DNA of 64,000 nucleotides. It comes from Octopus vulgaris (lineage: Eukaryota). Under the pieces are notes generated by a model. The model saw only the letters and a program-made list of their open reading frames with translations. It made no database searches and was not told the origin of the DNA. Positions 25,671-38,720 of this stretch are shown here, piece by piece. The number at the start of each line of letters is the position of its first letter. Position 1 is the first letter of the stretch. A program made the translations under genes and the position numbers. The DNA lies in the NCBI GenBank assembly GCA_951406725.2, contig OX597822.1:86304001-86368000 (forward strand), given 5' to 3'.

Positions 25671-26811
25671 ACTAGCAGCATAGCCCGGCGTTGCCCGGGT
25701 ATGTAAGAGCCCCTAGTAGGCAACGACTAATCCCAATCTAGTCCTTTCCCTCTAGGGAACGAAGGCGCATGTGTAGGTTGCAATGTCTTCTCTTCACTCA
25801 AATAACTATCAAACAGCTATCGATAATTCAACTCAACCAATTGCTACCAGGAAGAAATTACATTCGAGACTTTAACCCCAGCTAATAGCTGCTGCAGCCG
25901 CAAGTTATTCGAATACTTTTTTTGTTTAAACTTTCTTTATAACTACCACCCCAAACGTTTTACCTTAAATTTTTGACGTACCCTAAGGTTCCTCGGACGC
26001 TACTTGCAAACTCTTGGTTTATTATAAACCGCTTTTGTCATGTGCACCAAAAAACCTTTTCCATTCGTTTGTTCAGTTTGGTCACTTTTGACTTTTTAGT
26101 TGTTGTCACTCACATTGCTGCCCGCTTTTTTGCCGTTTTTGTACATTTTTATACATTTTGGGATACTTACCCCACGTGTTCCGAGAGTTAAAAAGGTCGA
26201 GTTGCGTCCCTTAGACAGTCTGTGGTTTGTGTTTAATACACAAATCGGTTTGCTATGTGTGCCACATATGATTTAATTAACCGATTTTTTCCAGTAATAA
26301 AGTATCATATTGGAATAAAAAGGGCCATATAGCTCATTGGAGCAGACATGATGCTCGCAGTGAATTTTTAAAAAAATTCCTGCCAATTTGTGAAAGATAT
26401 TGTCGAAAATATGTCATCTTGAATTTGAACGTGATTTCCCAAAATGGCATGATTTTATCGATTTTTCTGATGGTAAGGTATTGCATGGAAAACTAACGTC
26501 AGAATTAAGTTTCTTAGGGTAACATTAAACTTCACCATGAGCTGGGTGAAAATCGATTGCAAGTTGCGAAAACTACAACGGAAAATGTGTTGCATATAAA
26601 AAGCTTAGATTCTTGACCCCATGTCGAATTTATTGAATTTTTTCAGAACTGGGGGAACTTTTCAAAATTTTCGCTGCGTTAGTTTTGAATTATGATATTG
26701 GGCTATGTGTGTGTCAAGTTTCATCAGAATCGGTTGAAAGCCGTGATCAGGGTGAGGGTACAACCTGACAGACACACAGACAGACAAACTGCCGTTTATA
26801 TAGAGAGAGAT
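25671..26811 (+). mobile_element. Non-autonomous Helitron/Helentron (DINE-1/HINE)-like element
   Basis: 5' actagcagcatagcccggcgttgcccggg hairpin; 3' acagacagacaaactgccgtttatatagaga. Both ends resemble those of 27637-28007. CpG-rich relative to flanks. Confidence 0.65.
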
Positions 26812-27223
26812 GTTATATTTGCCTGGCATAAAAATAGCTATTAGATGCTGTTGTTATTTAGTTCCAGGTCTAATTCAACTGGTCATCAAAGAACATCCAA
26901 GCCAGAACCATTCCAGTTTTAATTCAGTAAATAATATACCTAGCACAATATTACCCAATATGTCCATCTTTTTTTTAAAGATAGAATGAATTTCAGAGAG
27001 ATTTCATTGCTATTTCTAGCAAGTAGAGCAACCACATAAAGGTTCCCTCTTGTGTTTTCTGGATTATGCAACCTGCTGCATATTTTTAGATAAATGGTCT
27101 GAGTTGATGTTTTATAGAAAAATTTACAATTTATATTCAATACCTTTAATTGGAATCTGTCATATTTCTTGTGGTAACAATACAATTTGGCATTAACTGT
27201 CATAATAGAGTGGAGTAACTTAC

Positions 27224-27354
27224 CAAGCAACCATAATACCATTATCAGTGCAAAGTTTTGGAGGAGGACAGTAAAGAGAACAATTATATTCTTCACAGAC
27301 TTTTCGTAAATTGTTGATTAAGAATTGATTACAGGCCACTCCTCCGGACACAAC
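27224..27354 (-). CDS. OSGEPL1: OSGEPL1 exon 8 (VVSGGVACNQF...CPPPKLCTDNGIMVA)
   Basis: Encodes the GGVAxN and CTDNG Kae1/TsaD motifs; ag and gtaagt sites. Confidence 0.96.
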
Positions 27355-27636
27355 CTAATGGAAAGGTAAACACAAAACATTAAAAAAAGTTTCAAAATTC
27401 AACATAATCACCATCACCTTGGTAAATGATTAAAAAACAACAAAAAACTATAATAACAAACACTTAAACTGGAAACAAGAATACAAAACAGAGACCTTCA
27501 TGAATCTGGTTGAGTTAATAAAACACCAATCAACAGATTAACTAATCAATGAGCTGTTAATTGAACTTCCCTCATTGTTGTATTACACCAACTGTAGAAG
27601 AGACACATAAGCCTCAATAGTTGTCATTTAATAAAA

Positions 27637-28007
27637 ACTAGCACTATGACCCGGCAACGCCGGGTCATAGTGCTAGTGCATGCATATACAGCTGCGTGCG
27701 TGCGCACATACACGCGAGTACAGTCCAAATCTGCGACCAATCACATACAGCTAGCTGGCATTCAATTGGCATATCAAGTTTTGGGCATTTTGATTGGGTT
27801 TTGGATAGAAAATTCACAAAAAAGTCATTTCTAGTGATTTTTTAATGGCTTTGCAGGGTGACTGGGGAAATGTAAAGATGTGCACAACCACCCTTGGACA
27901 GTTTTGAATGACCATAGAAAGTTTGAGCCCTCTAACTGAAAAATTGTGGATTTGTATAAAGGACACACACGCAGACATTTTGCCGTTTATATATATAGAG
28001 ATAGAGA
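27637..28007 (+). mobile_element. Non-autonomous Helitron/Helentron-like element with a perfect 19-bp 5' hairpin
   Basis: actagcactatgacccggc-aac-gccgggtcatagtgctagt; 3' cagacattttgccgtttatatatatagagat. Confidence 0.65.
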
Positions 28008-28377
28008 TATTTCTCAGTCACAGTTTAAGTAACAACAATGAATTAGTTATAACAAACACATGTTGTAGTATACAAAAGTTACTAATGACAGAAATTGTAC
28101 AACATTGAAATCAAATATGTGTTTTAGTTATATTTATCACTAGCACTAAAATTACACTAACATTATACAAGGTGGTGTCAAAAAGTTCCTGGACAAGTTC
28201 TATAGCACACCAACAGGTGGCAGCACATGGCTGCATGCACAGTGAGAGATAAAGCGTTGAATGTCATAACCATGGATACAAAGCAGAGCTTATTGATTAT
28301 GTTGCAAGTTCTGGTGTATTAAAGTTACCAAGATCTCAATATTCTTCACCAAAATAAGACCATATCAAATTTCTTAC

Positions 28378-28523
28378 CAATGTTTTTTCTTTTCCTAGAA
28401 GTCCAGTAATTTCCGAAAACAGCAGAGCTCGCTGGACTCTTTTAGCTAAGTGTTTCAAGACACCCAACTGGAATGAGGCACAGAGATCGGCTGCATTGGA
28501 TATAATAGCATCTCCTTTGATAT
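28378..28523 (-). CDS. OSGEPL1: OSGEPL1 exon 7 (NIKGDAIISNAADLCASFQLGVLKHLAKRVQRALLF...KTL)
   Basis: ADLCASFQ motif; cag and gtaaga sites; phase 1 in, phase 0 out. Confidence 0.94.
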
Positions 28524-28531
28524 CTGATAAT

Positions 28532-28632
28532 AGAAGAAGAAGAAGAAGAAGAAGAAGAAGAAGAAGAAGAAGAAGAAGAAGAAGAAGGAGAAGGAGGAGG
28601 AGGGGGAGAGGAAAGGAGGGGAGGTGGAGGAG
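28532..28632. repeat. (AAG)~18 microsatellite plus GA-rich tract at the OSGEPL1 exon 7 acceptor
   Basis: Read directly. Confidence 0.95.
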
Positions 28633-30091
28633 AGTAGTAGTAGTAGTAAACAGTAATAGGATTAGGCTTTTCGCCAAAACCTGAAGCACAACAGCAACAG
28701 AGGCATGAAACTGATGGATCAAGTTATTAAAGTAAATAATTAGGAAGAAAATTAGCACAGATGAGACGCAGTTTGGATTATTCCAGGAGAGGATACCAAC
28801 AATTCCCTCTTTCTGCAGAAGAGACAACTACAGAAGTTTCCAGCAGAGAGCAAGCCACTGCATTCAAGAATAGCCAGCAGTAAGAACATTCATGATTTCA
28901 ATTTTCTTGAATATTCCCACGGCTCTTTGATGGCTTCTGTTACCTAGCTGACTTATAAAGCATTGGAGGGAAGTGCTTTGAAAGCTTGAATAAAACAAAA
29001 AACATAAAAAATGTTCAGGGAGTTATCAACTCTGCTGCCATCAAAGGGATTCCCTTTCTGAGTGAAGGACAGATTGTATGATGCTTGGGTATGAAGTGTA
29101 ATACTGCATGACAGCAAAACACAGGCATTGAATGAAGAGGATGGAAAGAAATGAGTTGAGCATACATCACAAGATTTGTAATGTGAGTGTATATAAATGG
29201 TGGCATAGAGATAAAGTTGAGAGCAAAAGAAGCTAGAATGGACACGAGGAGAATGTGGTGGATGACAGCTCAGTAAATAAAAGAAGTAATTTAAGGGGAA
29301 GGAAACTGCTTCAGAGGAAGACTAAAGAAAACAGAGGAAAAAGTGATGAAAGCTGATTTCAAGTGGCTGAACCTAATAAAGGAGATAACAAAAGACCGTG
29401 ACGAGTGTTGAGATGTTGTAGTGGAAGAAAAACTATCAAACCCTAAGCAACTCATCATTTAACATCTGTCTTCCGTGCTGACATGGGTTGGAATATAACC
29501 CCGCCCTTGCAAATCAAATGATAAATGATAATGGAATATAGACTATAAGAGTGACATGGTTGTATATGATATGAGATCTTCAGTTTTATAGATGCGTTAA
29601 TAATGAATATCTACAGAAAAGGATGAAATGGAATTTCCTGCTGTTCTTTCTCTGCAGTTTCTATAGGATTTGTAACAGATATGGTAACTAAGCCTAACCT
29701 TCCACTGGCACCAACCAATGACATCTTCTTCTCTACTCCCTGTTACTCACCATGCTTCATATTCCTCAAATCCAAACATTAAATAGTATCCTCAGTGTTT
29801 CATTCTAAAGACTGCGCCTCCATAAAAGCCCTTCTCCAAGGCACAACTTATCGACTACGTTAGCAGTTCTATCAGGAACTCAATATTGAACAATCCTGCC
29901 ATAACAGTTGTACCAAATAAAGATCTTTCCCCAAGCAGCCGATAATGATGCTAATAAAATTTACTCATTAAGTTGCACCAAATTCTGGAGAAGCAGCAGT
30001 GAAGAGATCAACCATGGAAGAAGTGTATAAAAGGTGAAATAGCTAGAATAAGATGATACAGGCGACAAAAATTATGAGAGAGAGAACTTAC

Positions 30092-30296
30092 TTTGATCTT
30101 TCTCAGCCAAACTGATATATCGATGTGCCATTGAATTAAATCCACTAAATGAAAAGTTGCAGTCAGGTGACTGCAACATGACCTGAGGAAATTCAAAAGC
30201 ATGGGGCTGTCCATTCTTAGCTACAAGTTCAACTGATGCACCTCCACTCAAACCGTAGCACTGTGGAAGGTTTTTCAGTTTTAATGAACGAGCAAC
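30092..30296 (-). CDS. OSGEPL1: OSGEPL1 exon 6 (VARSLKL...SGGASVE...DCNFSFSG...EKDQ)
   Basis: Encodes the (DK)VAR, GG-x-x-VE and FSFSG motifs; cag and gtaagt sites. Confidence 0.96.
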
Positions 30297-30489
30297 CTGA
30301 AAATAAAAACAAGATTTACATTATTAATTTGCTTTCCATTATTTTAGATCCATTTTCTTTTGTTATGCTAAGATGGACTAATTGGAGAAAATAGCATTAA
30401 AGCTTTAGTAATGTGTGCTTAGAAAGTTGACTCTACAGGGAGACAAATGGATAATAACAAGTAAATGAAACAGCAGCAGAGAATGGCTA

Positions 30490-31425
30490 AACATGAAGTA
30501 AGAAATGAGGAAATCAAATCTGAGTTATTGGGTCTCATGAAGATACGAGAGTGGACGGAAAAGTGAAATCTTGCAATGCATTAATTTCAACTCTTCTTTT
30601 TAATAACTGCAGTGTTTCTTTTCAGGTAAACTGATACCTGACTGTTCAAAGAAGACTTCAAAAGTAACTAGTAGCAACCTCTCTTGAAAACAGACAAAAT
30701 TTGGCATTGTGGTGTTATCAGGTATTTGCAGAAAAACAGCTTAGCGCCCATCAATATTCATGCTGATATGGTTGCTACATTAGGAGATGGACACACCAGC
30801 TTCATTAACAGTGCAAAAGTGGGCAGCTGAATTTAGGAGGGGAAGGGAATAGAGTCTTGAAGATGACCCAAGGTCTGGATGTTGTGCACCACTGAGGGAA
30901 ACATTGATCGTGTTTACCACATGGTGATAGATGACAGGCAATTGACTATAAATCAAATAGTCAATGCTATTAGCATGTTCCATGAGAAAGTCAAAAATAT
31001 ACTCCACAACAAACTTGATAAGACAAAGGTTCCACATCTGACACCGGATTAAAAGTGCACCAGACTGATCACATGAAAAAATCTGACATTGTTTGAGGCA
31101 AATTCAGATGGTTTCCTTGAATGCTTCCTAACCCAGGATGAGCATTGGGTTCATCACTTTGAGACAGAGACAATCCATGCAGTGGAAACACCCCTCTTCC
31201 CTATTCTCCTAATTTAGCCTCATCTAATGATCATCTGTTGCCCAACATGAAAAAACACTCGACTAGGAAGCAGTATCGCAATGATGATGATGTCATATTG
31301 ACTGTTGATGATTTTTTTGACCAACAGAATGCTTAGGGTCCAAGCATTGCAACACAAATGGAAGAAGTGTGTGAACTTGAAGGGGAACTATGTTGAAAAA
31401 TAAACCTCATTTGGTTACGTTCCAT
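30490..31425 (+). mobile_element. Decayed mariner transposase remnant
   Basis: Remnants TVQKWAAEFRRGR.SLEDDPRSG, TQDEHWVHHFE..QSMQWKH and YSPNLASSNDHLLPNMKKHS, with frameshifts and a deletion. Confidence 0.8.
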
Positions 31426-31825
31426 GTGAGTATCTTGAAATATAAGCAGAGTATATAACAAAGTTGATGAGAATGAGTTTAATATTTGGAGAGGATCAGC
31501 TGAAAACGAGCAAGACATTAACCAATCTACAGAAAAAAAGGTGTTGGCATGACAATGAGCAAATGATGCAAATGGATGATGTATGGTGAGGAATGAAAAT
31601 GTCTTTAATTGGTGATGGAGATCGGTTAAGGAAGAACAATGTCACATGTGTGAGAATGCTGAGTGTCATTATTGAAATGACACATGATCAATATATTTGA
31701 TTATAAATCTATCTTCTCTATACCAACATGAAAATATAGATATTAAGATGATGATGAAGGTGATGAAATAAGAGAAAAACAAATATCATTCTTTTGTTAG
31801 AAAGGCATAATGAATTGTTCCTTAC

Positions 31826-31955
31826 TTTGTCAAAAACGTCACCGGGAGCATTGTCCATGGTGGTGCCTAACAAAGCAAACTCATTCACAGACTTAGAAAC
31901 AGCAAGCAGGCAGTGGCCTCCACTGGCTAAAAGCACCAGGAAAGGGAAATTCACC
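31826..31955 (-). CDS. OSGEPL1: OSGEPL1 exon 5 (VNFPFLVLLASGGHCLL...DNAPGDVFDK)
   Basis: Encodes the SGGH and APGD-x-x-DK motifs; tag and gtaagg sites. Confidence 0.96.
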
Positions 31956-33254
31956 CTATACATATGAAGGTAATGAAAAATTGTATAAATTTTAAGAAAA
32001 TATAACAAGAAATTTGAAAAAGAAAGGAAAAGAAAAAAAAAAAGAAGAAAACTATGGCCAACATTTTATGAATATAATAAGCCAGAGTCAGTTGAGTCTG
32101 GAGTCATTATAACAATGTTCTACCAAGGAAAGGGGTTGCAGTGAGTTCCCCAGTTACTGACATTGGACTTTTCTAATTCTGCAGGGGTCTATAGTTGTAT
32201 TTCTATGATAAAGTACAGTTCATTGCAGCAAGCAGTGAGTGTACTCAAAAATTAATCATGGTTTTCTTAGCTTGGATTATTAAGATAAAAATGTTCCTGT
32301 GGATTATTAAAGAAACAGATGGATTAACCTTGCTCTTAATTCTATTATTTATAAAACTCATTGAGTTGCCATTAAGAAACAAAATCAAAAATATTAAGTT
32401 TATCATTTTTTTACACACACTTAAGAATCATTAAGAATCTTTAAGCACAATTATTCCTCCATCAAGCTCAAAAGTACAGCTACTGTGTTTTGGATTGTTA
32501 CACCATACATATTAACAAAACAGTCATCAACTCATCAGCACTTGAGGGCAGAGGCACCATTCTTCATCTTCTTCTTCTTCCAACTACACCCACCCACCCC
32601 CTACTCACTTCTCTACATCCTCTCTTACTCTCACTTTCTATCTTAAGATGCTCCAGCATCTCACCACCAGTTCTGCCTTCTTTCCAGCTCCTCCCATCCA
32701 CCCTTATATAATGTGGGGTAGTCTTGAAGCTCTATAGCAATACGTCTGGGCTTGTTCTCCCATCACACTCTAGCTTCTCAACACAGGGCATAAAATCATC
32801 GCCCCTCTCCTCTTTCAAATGTTACTCAACCCTTATTTAATTGAAAAGGCTTTTTCTTTTTCCTTCTTTTTCTTCCCTTGCAAGTTATTCAGTAACCTCA
32901 CTGGGGCCAGTGTTACATGAAAAGCACCCAGCACACTGTAGAGTGGTTGATTTTAGGAAGGGTATCCAGGTGTAGAAATCATGTGAAAGACAAACACTGA
33001 AGCTCATCTTGGCCCTCCTGCTCATTGGGACAGGCATAGGTGGGATGGTTTGACAGGAGCCGGCCAGGCAGGAGCCTGCACCAGACTTCTGTGACTGTCT
33101 TGGCAGCTGGATGCCCTTCCTAACACCAACCACCCAGAAGAATGGACTATATATATATATATATTTCACTTAAAATCATTTATATATTTGTGTATGTATA
33201 CACACACACACGTATATGTATGTATGCATACACAAATTTATATATACGATTGTA

Positions 33255-33285
<31 letters not shown>

Positions 33286-33692
33286 GGTCAAGTGGTTAGG
33301 GCAGTGTTGCACTCATGACCACTAGATCATAGGTTTGATTGCCGGACCAGGTGGCAAGTTGTGTTCTTGATCAAGAGGACATCATTTCATGATGCTCTGC
33401 AAATCATTTCAACATCTGACACTTTCATTCACCTGCACAGGTAATCATTGATTTGATGGCAGGTGTGAGCTAATGTACAGCACAGACATTTGATCACGAG
33501 AAACAAATCACTCGTCTGGCAGTTTAGCAGCAAGAAATTACAGAACCCTCTTCCATTGTTAAATGGGAGAGTCCATAACACACACACACACGCACACACT
33601 TGCAATCAGATAAAATACAAAGCCACACTCATGAAAAATTGAAGCAAAACTTTAAGACTGAAACATCATCCATTTAAATAAACCAGACTTAC

Positions 33693-33755
33693 GGCTGCTT
33701 CATGCGGACAGTGAGGGCATGTGCTTCCATATGGTGAATTGGTATAATGGGTTTA
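33693..33755 (-). CDS. OSGEPL1: OSGEPL1 exon 4 (KPIIPIHHMEAHALTVRMKQ)
   Basis: Encodes the metal-binding HHMEAH motif; cag and gtaagt sites. Confidence 0.97.
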
Positions 33756-34370
33756 CTGAAGGAAAATCAATAATAAGAGTGAGAAAACGGGGAGAAGAAA
33801 TTATTAAACACACATCTGAAGGTGGTAAGATATACAAATATATATTTTAATTTGTAAATCCCATAAATAATAAAACTGTTGTATTCTACATGGAATAGTC
33901 ATTGTGAAGGTGCATGGATGAATGGTTAAGATATCCAACCCAGGGTTGTAAGGTTGTGAGTTTGATTTCTAGTGAAACACTGAATCCTTGAGCAAGACAA
34001 TTTATTTCTCATTACTTCAGTTCATTCAGCTGGTAAAAATGTGTTCCTGTAATTCAAAGGGCCAGCCTTGTCACATTCTGTGGCATGTTGACTCTCCCTG
34101 AGGACTATGTTAAATTCAGGAGCAGATTGTTCCATTGATCAAATCAAAAGGAACATTTGTCATTGTAATTAACGGAATGTCAGTAAAGTAGACATTAGAT
34201 GTGATAGAACAAATTAATAGGATTATAAAGAACAAATTATGATTTAGATTTCAAACTCTTATTTTAAAATAGGAAACAATTAGGATTTAAAGTTTCCCGA
34301 GCTGCAGATTCTTTTTTCATTTTTTCCAATCATGGGCATAGATGGTTGTGATTGATTAGTCTTCCTGTAC

Positions 34371-34412
34371 AGACTGATGAGACCAAGGAAGGTTGAAATC
34401 ACATGATCTCCA
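34371..34412 (+). ncRNA. Degenerate minimal hammerhead-like motif
   Basis: CUGAUGA-GACC-aaggaa-GGUU-GAAA-UC-acau-GA-UC at 34374-34408; stem I is weak. Confidence 0.4.
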
Positions 34413-36669
34413 GTGGTCTCGGCACTGGAGATGGCAGGGACTTATCTCCAGTCTAGTGATACAAACAAGCACCAAAAGCCAGCATGAGAGATTCTCTCAT
34501 GATTTCTACAGCAGTATAGTTTGTTCTAACAGAACATTCATGTTTAAATGGCAATAAACATTACTTCTTGTCTGCATGTGGAACATGTAAACATGTAGGC
34601 TCCACTAATCAGGCAGCAAAGTAAATAAATAAAGTAAATAAATAGTGGCTAGAGAGATGATGATGATGATGATGGTGGGGAATGCTATATTGAAGTGATG
34701 GAAGATAAATGTTGCATCTTGAGAGAGGCACTAAATACCTTACATTGAGAGAGAAGAATCCAAAGAAAATAGCTGAAAGATGAAGCCAGAATCTAACAAG
34801 AAATTCATACATTATTTGTAGGTTGACTGCACTAAGAATGACTCCATGACTCTTCTACAGTAAAGAAAGGCATTGACAAAAAATTGGTTTCTTCACCATT
34901 TTTCCAACACTGGATCTGTATTACATCGGCACAGAGATGGTTGTCTGGTAAAAAGTTTGCTTGGCAATCACATGGTTCTGGGTTCAGTTCCACTGCACAT
35001 GGGGTATTTTTAACTGAATTGACCAAAGCCTTATGAGTGGATTTGGTTGATGGAAAACTGAAACAAGCATGTCATATATATGTGTGTGTGTGTGTGTGTG
35101 TACATCATCATCATCGTCATTTAATGTCCGCTTTCATGCCGGTATGGGTTGGATGGTTTGACTGAGGGCTGGTGAGCCAGAAGGCTGCATCAGGCTCCAA
35201 TCTGATCTGGCAATGTTTCTACAGCTAGATGCTCTTCCTAATACCAACCACTCTGAGAGTGTAGTGGATGCTTTTTATGTATCACCAGCACAAGGGCCAG
35301 TCAGGCAGTACTGGCACTGGCCATGCTCAAAAGATGCTTTTTATGTGCCACCAGCATGGGGGCCAGTCAGGCGGCACTGGCAATGTGTGAGTGTGTGTGC
35401 ATGTGTTGTTGTCTCCTGTGGTTTCACATGATAATTGTTAAGTGTTACCATCCTGGTGCTTTTCATTTCCAATCTGCTGCAAAAACATGTCTGGTCCCGG
35501 GCTAGTATTATCTTGCTTGGAAAAGGATGAGTGTTGGTGACAGGAAGGACATACAACTATAGAAAATCTGCCTCAACAAATTCCATCCAACTCATGCAAG
35601 CATGGAAAAGTGGCCGGTAAATGAGGATGACGGTGTTATTAGCCAAAAGTGAAAACAAGGCTGTTAGTATTTGTATAGGTAAATAGTTAACAAATTCACA
35701 CCGAAAGAAGAAAAAAAATGAAAAATGTATTCCAGGGATTAGTATAACCAAGTTTCAATTTCTGATATGTTACATTATGTCATTCCTATTCCTCTACAAA
35801 TTTTAATAGTGTATTTGGTTACTAAGTTAAGACATTTATAGGTTTCTTGTCTTGGAGAACAGTAATGCCAAACAAGAACCAATACAGAGTAGAAGGAATC
35901 CTTTGGCCTTCCTCATGTGGGACAATCACTCTGTTACTGGTGATAGGAAAAAAGGCACACGAGTCCACAACAGCAAAAGTTGGCCAATTGTGTCAGTTGC
36001 TGTGTATGAAAGATGATGTGGACTGTGCCTGACCTGACCACCACATGTCAACATAGACAATCAGACACGGAAAAATAACGATGATGATGATGATATACAT
36101 ACTTGTTACTGTATCATATTCAAACATCAAAGAGACTTAGTTTTTTTTATCAGCCAAATTCATGTAACCCTAAATGGGTAACAAGAGTCGTATAAACCAT
36201 TACTGTAACAAAACATGTACATGTTAACAGTTCAAATCAGTTAAGATCAGAAGCCATGAGAGCCACTGCCTGCTATTGTGTCAGGGCTTTGTCTTTACAT
36301 TCTGAGTTCAAATTCTGCCAAGGTTGACTTTGCTTTCATCCTTTTGGAGGTCAATGTAATCAACTCACTCCCCACTGAAATTTTCAGGCTTTGTACCTAA
36401 AGCAGAAAAGGTTCTTATTATATTACACATTGTGTGTAAACTGGTAAATCCAGTAAATTCAGGACAACCACTTTACACTTTCTCCTCTTATGCCTCTCTC
36501 TATCTTCTGTCACACAAAGCTTTTGTGTTTACCTGACAGACCCAGCTGTTGTTAAAGGAGAACTGTGACTAGCCCAAATACTACATTATATATTTTGACA
36601 TTTTTTTTTTCTGTTACTCAACCGGTTCTGCTCCTGACATAATAATAATAATTTAGTATATTATCATAC

Positions 36670-36764
36670 CGATATTCTTTTGCCAATTCTTTAGCATACT
36701 GCAGCCCAACAGCCAGTGACAGTGAGAGTCCGGGTTTAACTGTAACAGCAATAGCATCCACATC
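36670..36764 (-). CDS. OSGEPL1: OSGEPL1 exon 3 (DVDAIAVTVKPGLSLSLAVGLQYAKELAKEY)
   Basis: AIAVT-x-x-PGL motif; cag and gtatga sites. Confidence 0.96.
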
Positions 36765-37054
36765 CTGCAAAGATTGAAACAAGGAAATATTGCAATCCGT
36801 TAGGAAAATCAGATTAACATAAAAATCCAGGCTTATTAAAAGTTTCTTTGTGGATCCAGAAGACATTGAAAAGTTTATTTGAGTTGAAAGCATTTATTCA
36901 GAAGTTATGTGACATGTTTCGAAGTAGACGTTGGTAGATGGGCAGACGGTAATAGGGAGGGGGAGTAAGAGGTGAAAGTGTAAGGTGCAATTCATCCTGA
37001 TGATGAATAAATACACTAATTTAAATAACAACAACAACAACAATAATACTAGAA

Positions 37055-38720
37055 AAGGTAATGGATGAAAGTGGGGAAGGCAAAATTCCTCTGAGACTTT
37101 GACTTCCAGACAAACAGGGTATTAGAGCACCAAAGGTCGGATATAATAACCTTTAGGAGGGACAAACAAGAGCACCTAATAATCGGCGTAGCAGTGCGAG
37201 GAGATCAACAGATCGTCATGAAAGAAAATGTTGATAAATATGGAGACCTGAGAATCGAGATTGCTAAGATGTGGCAGCTACAAGAGTCTAACTTTAAAGT
37301 TTATCCCTATTGCCATTGGAGCATTGGGTTCAATACCACCCAAGCTGAAAAAACATCTGAAAACTTTAGAAATACTCTACAAACTAGGTGTATTGCAAAA
37401 GTCAGCATTACTTGGAACTGCACACATATTGCGTAAAGTACTGTCTGTCTGAGGTCCTTGTTGTGACTTGACAAACAGTACAAACCTCCGGTAGACATAA
37501 TATCTTCAATCAACAACCTCACGATATTGTATACTGTGTGACATCTATAATAATAATAATAATAATAATAATATAGAATGTGCAATCTAAAAACAGAAAC
37601 AATTCCTATCATAGTAGGTGCATTAGGCATGATAAAAAAATATTCAGACAAATACATAACATACAGAAAATTGCACTACTAGGCACTGCACACATCCTTC
37701 ACAGAACACTTTCAATACAGTAACCATCAGAGCATCACAACAAATTACAGCACATACTCAAGGCACACAGAGCTGCGCTCGGTAGTGAAGTGAAAGCACG
37801 CTATAAAAATAAAACAACTGAATAATAATAATAATACAAGAGCTGGACCTTTGTGATTATGATGATAAGGAGGACACACCTCCCACTAGAGCAGCAAAAG
37901 CCAAACAGGAAAGCTTGAAGTAAATATGAAGACTGTGGCAAGAAAAGCCATTGCATGGGTAATACACCAAACAAGCTGAGGAAGGTGATGTAGATATAAG
38001 AAGAAGCCATCAGTGGCTGCAGAGTTTTGGTTTGAATACTGAAACAGAAGGAATTATCCTAGAAGTACAAGATCAGTCTCCTCATTCTGAACTATCAAGC
38101 TAATGTCACACACAATGAGGTAGACACAAAGTGTAGACTCTGCAATGATAAACTTGAGAGTATTGACCACATTGTTGCTGGTTACTCAGTCCTTGCCCCT
38201 ACAGAATATAAAACCAGGCATGACTGAGTTGGTCAACACTTGCACTGGAAAATATGCCATCACTATGATATCTTGTACCCTAAGAACTGGTATGAATACC
38301 ATCCAGAGTCAGTCACTGAGGGACAGAATTTTACCATCCTATGAGATTATGGAATATATACAGACAGGCAAATAAATGATAACAGATCAAACATCATCAT
38401 CAAATACCTAAAACGAAAAATATGCCTGTTAATTGATATGACAGTGCCTACTGACACAAACATCTCAGCAAAGGAATTTGAAAAACTGTCGAAATTTAAG
38501 GACCTTGAGATTGAAATGTCTAAGATGTGGCACTTAAAGAACAAAACCATCCCTATTGTTGTAGGTGCCTTGGGAATGATCAAGAAAGGTAGTGACAAAT
38601 TTTTTGACCAAATCTCTGGGAAACCAACAATTTATGAGACTCAAACATTTGTGTTGACATCAACTGCCCACATTCTCAGAAGGTTTCTCTCCATCTGATA
38701 TAAACATGTCTTATAATACT
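37055..38720 (+). mobile_element. Three tandem 3' fragments of R4/Dong-like RLE-endonuclease non-LTR retrotransposons in (TAA)n
   Basis: C-x2-C...H...C knuckle remnant (KCRLCND..ESIDHIVAG), plus LIDMTVPTDTNISAKEFEKLSKFKDLEIE and IPIVVGALG. (TAA)n separates the copies at 37548-37571 and 37821-37835. Confidence 0.8.

Noticed and set aside
28336-28827. 163-aa poly-Leu ORF and the opposite poly-Arg ORF
   Set aside because: Only 28378-28523 is coding (OSGEPL1 exon 7); the rest is (AAG)n intron.
29700-30030. Complex-looking sequence with a minus-strand gtgagt donor as an extra OSGEPL1 exon
   Set aside because: The frames examined contain stops, and exons 6 and 7 already join in phase with no missing domain part.
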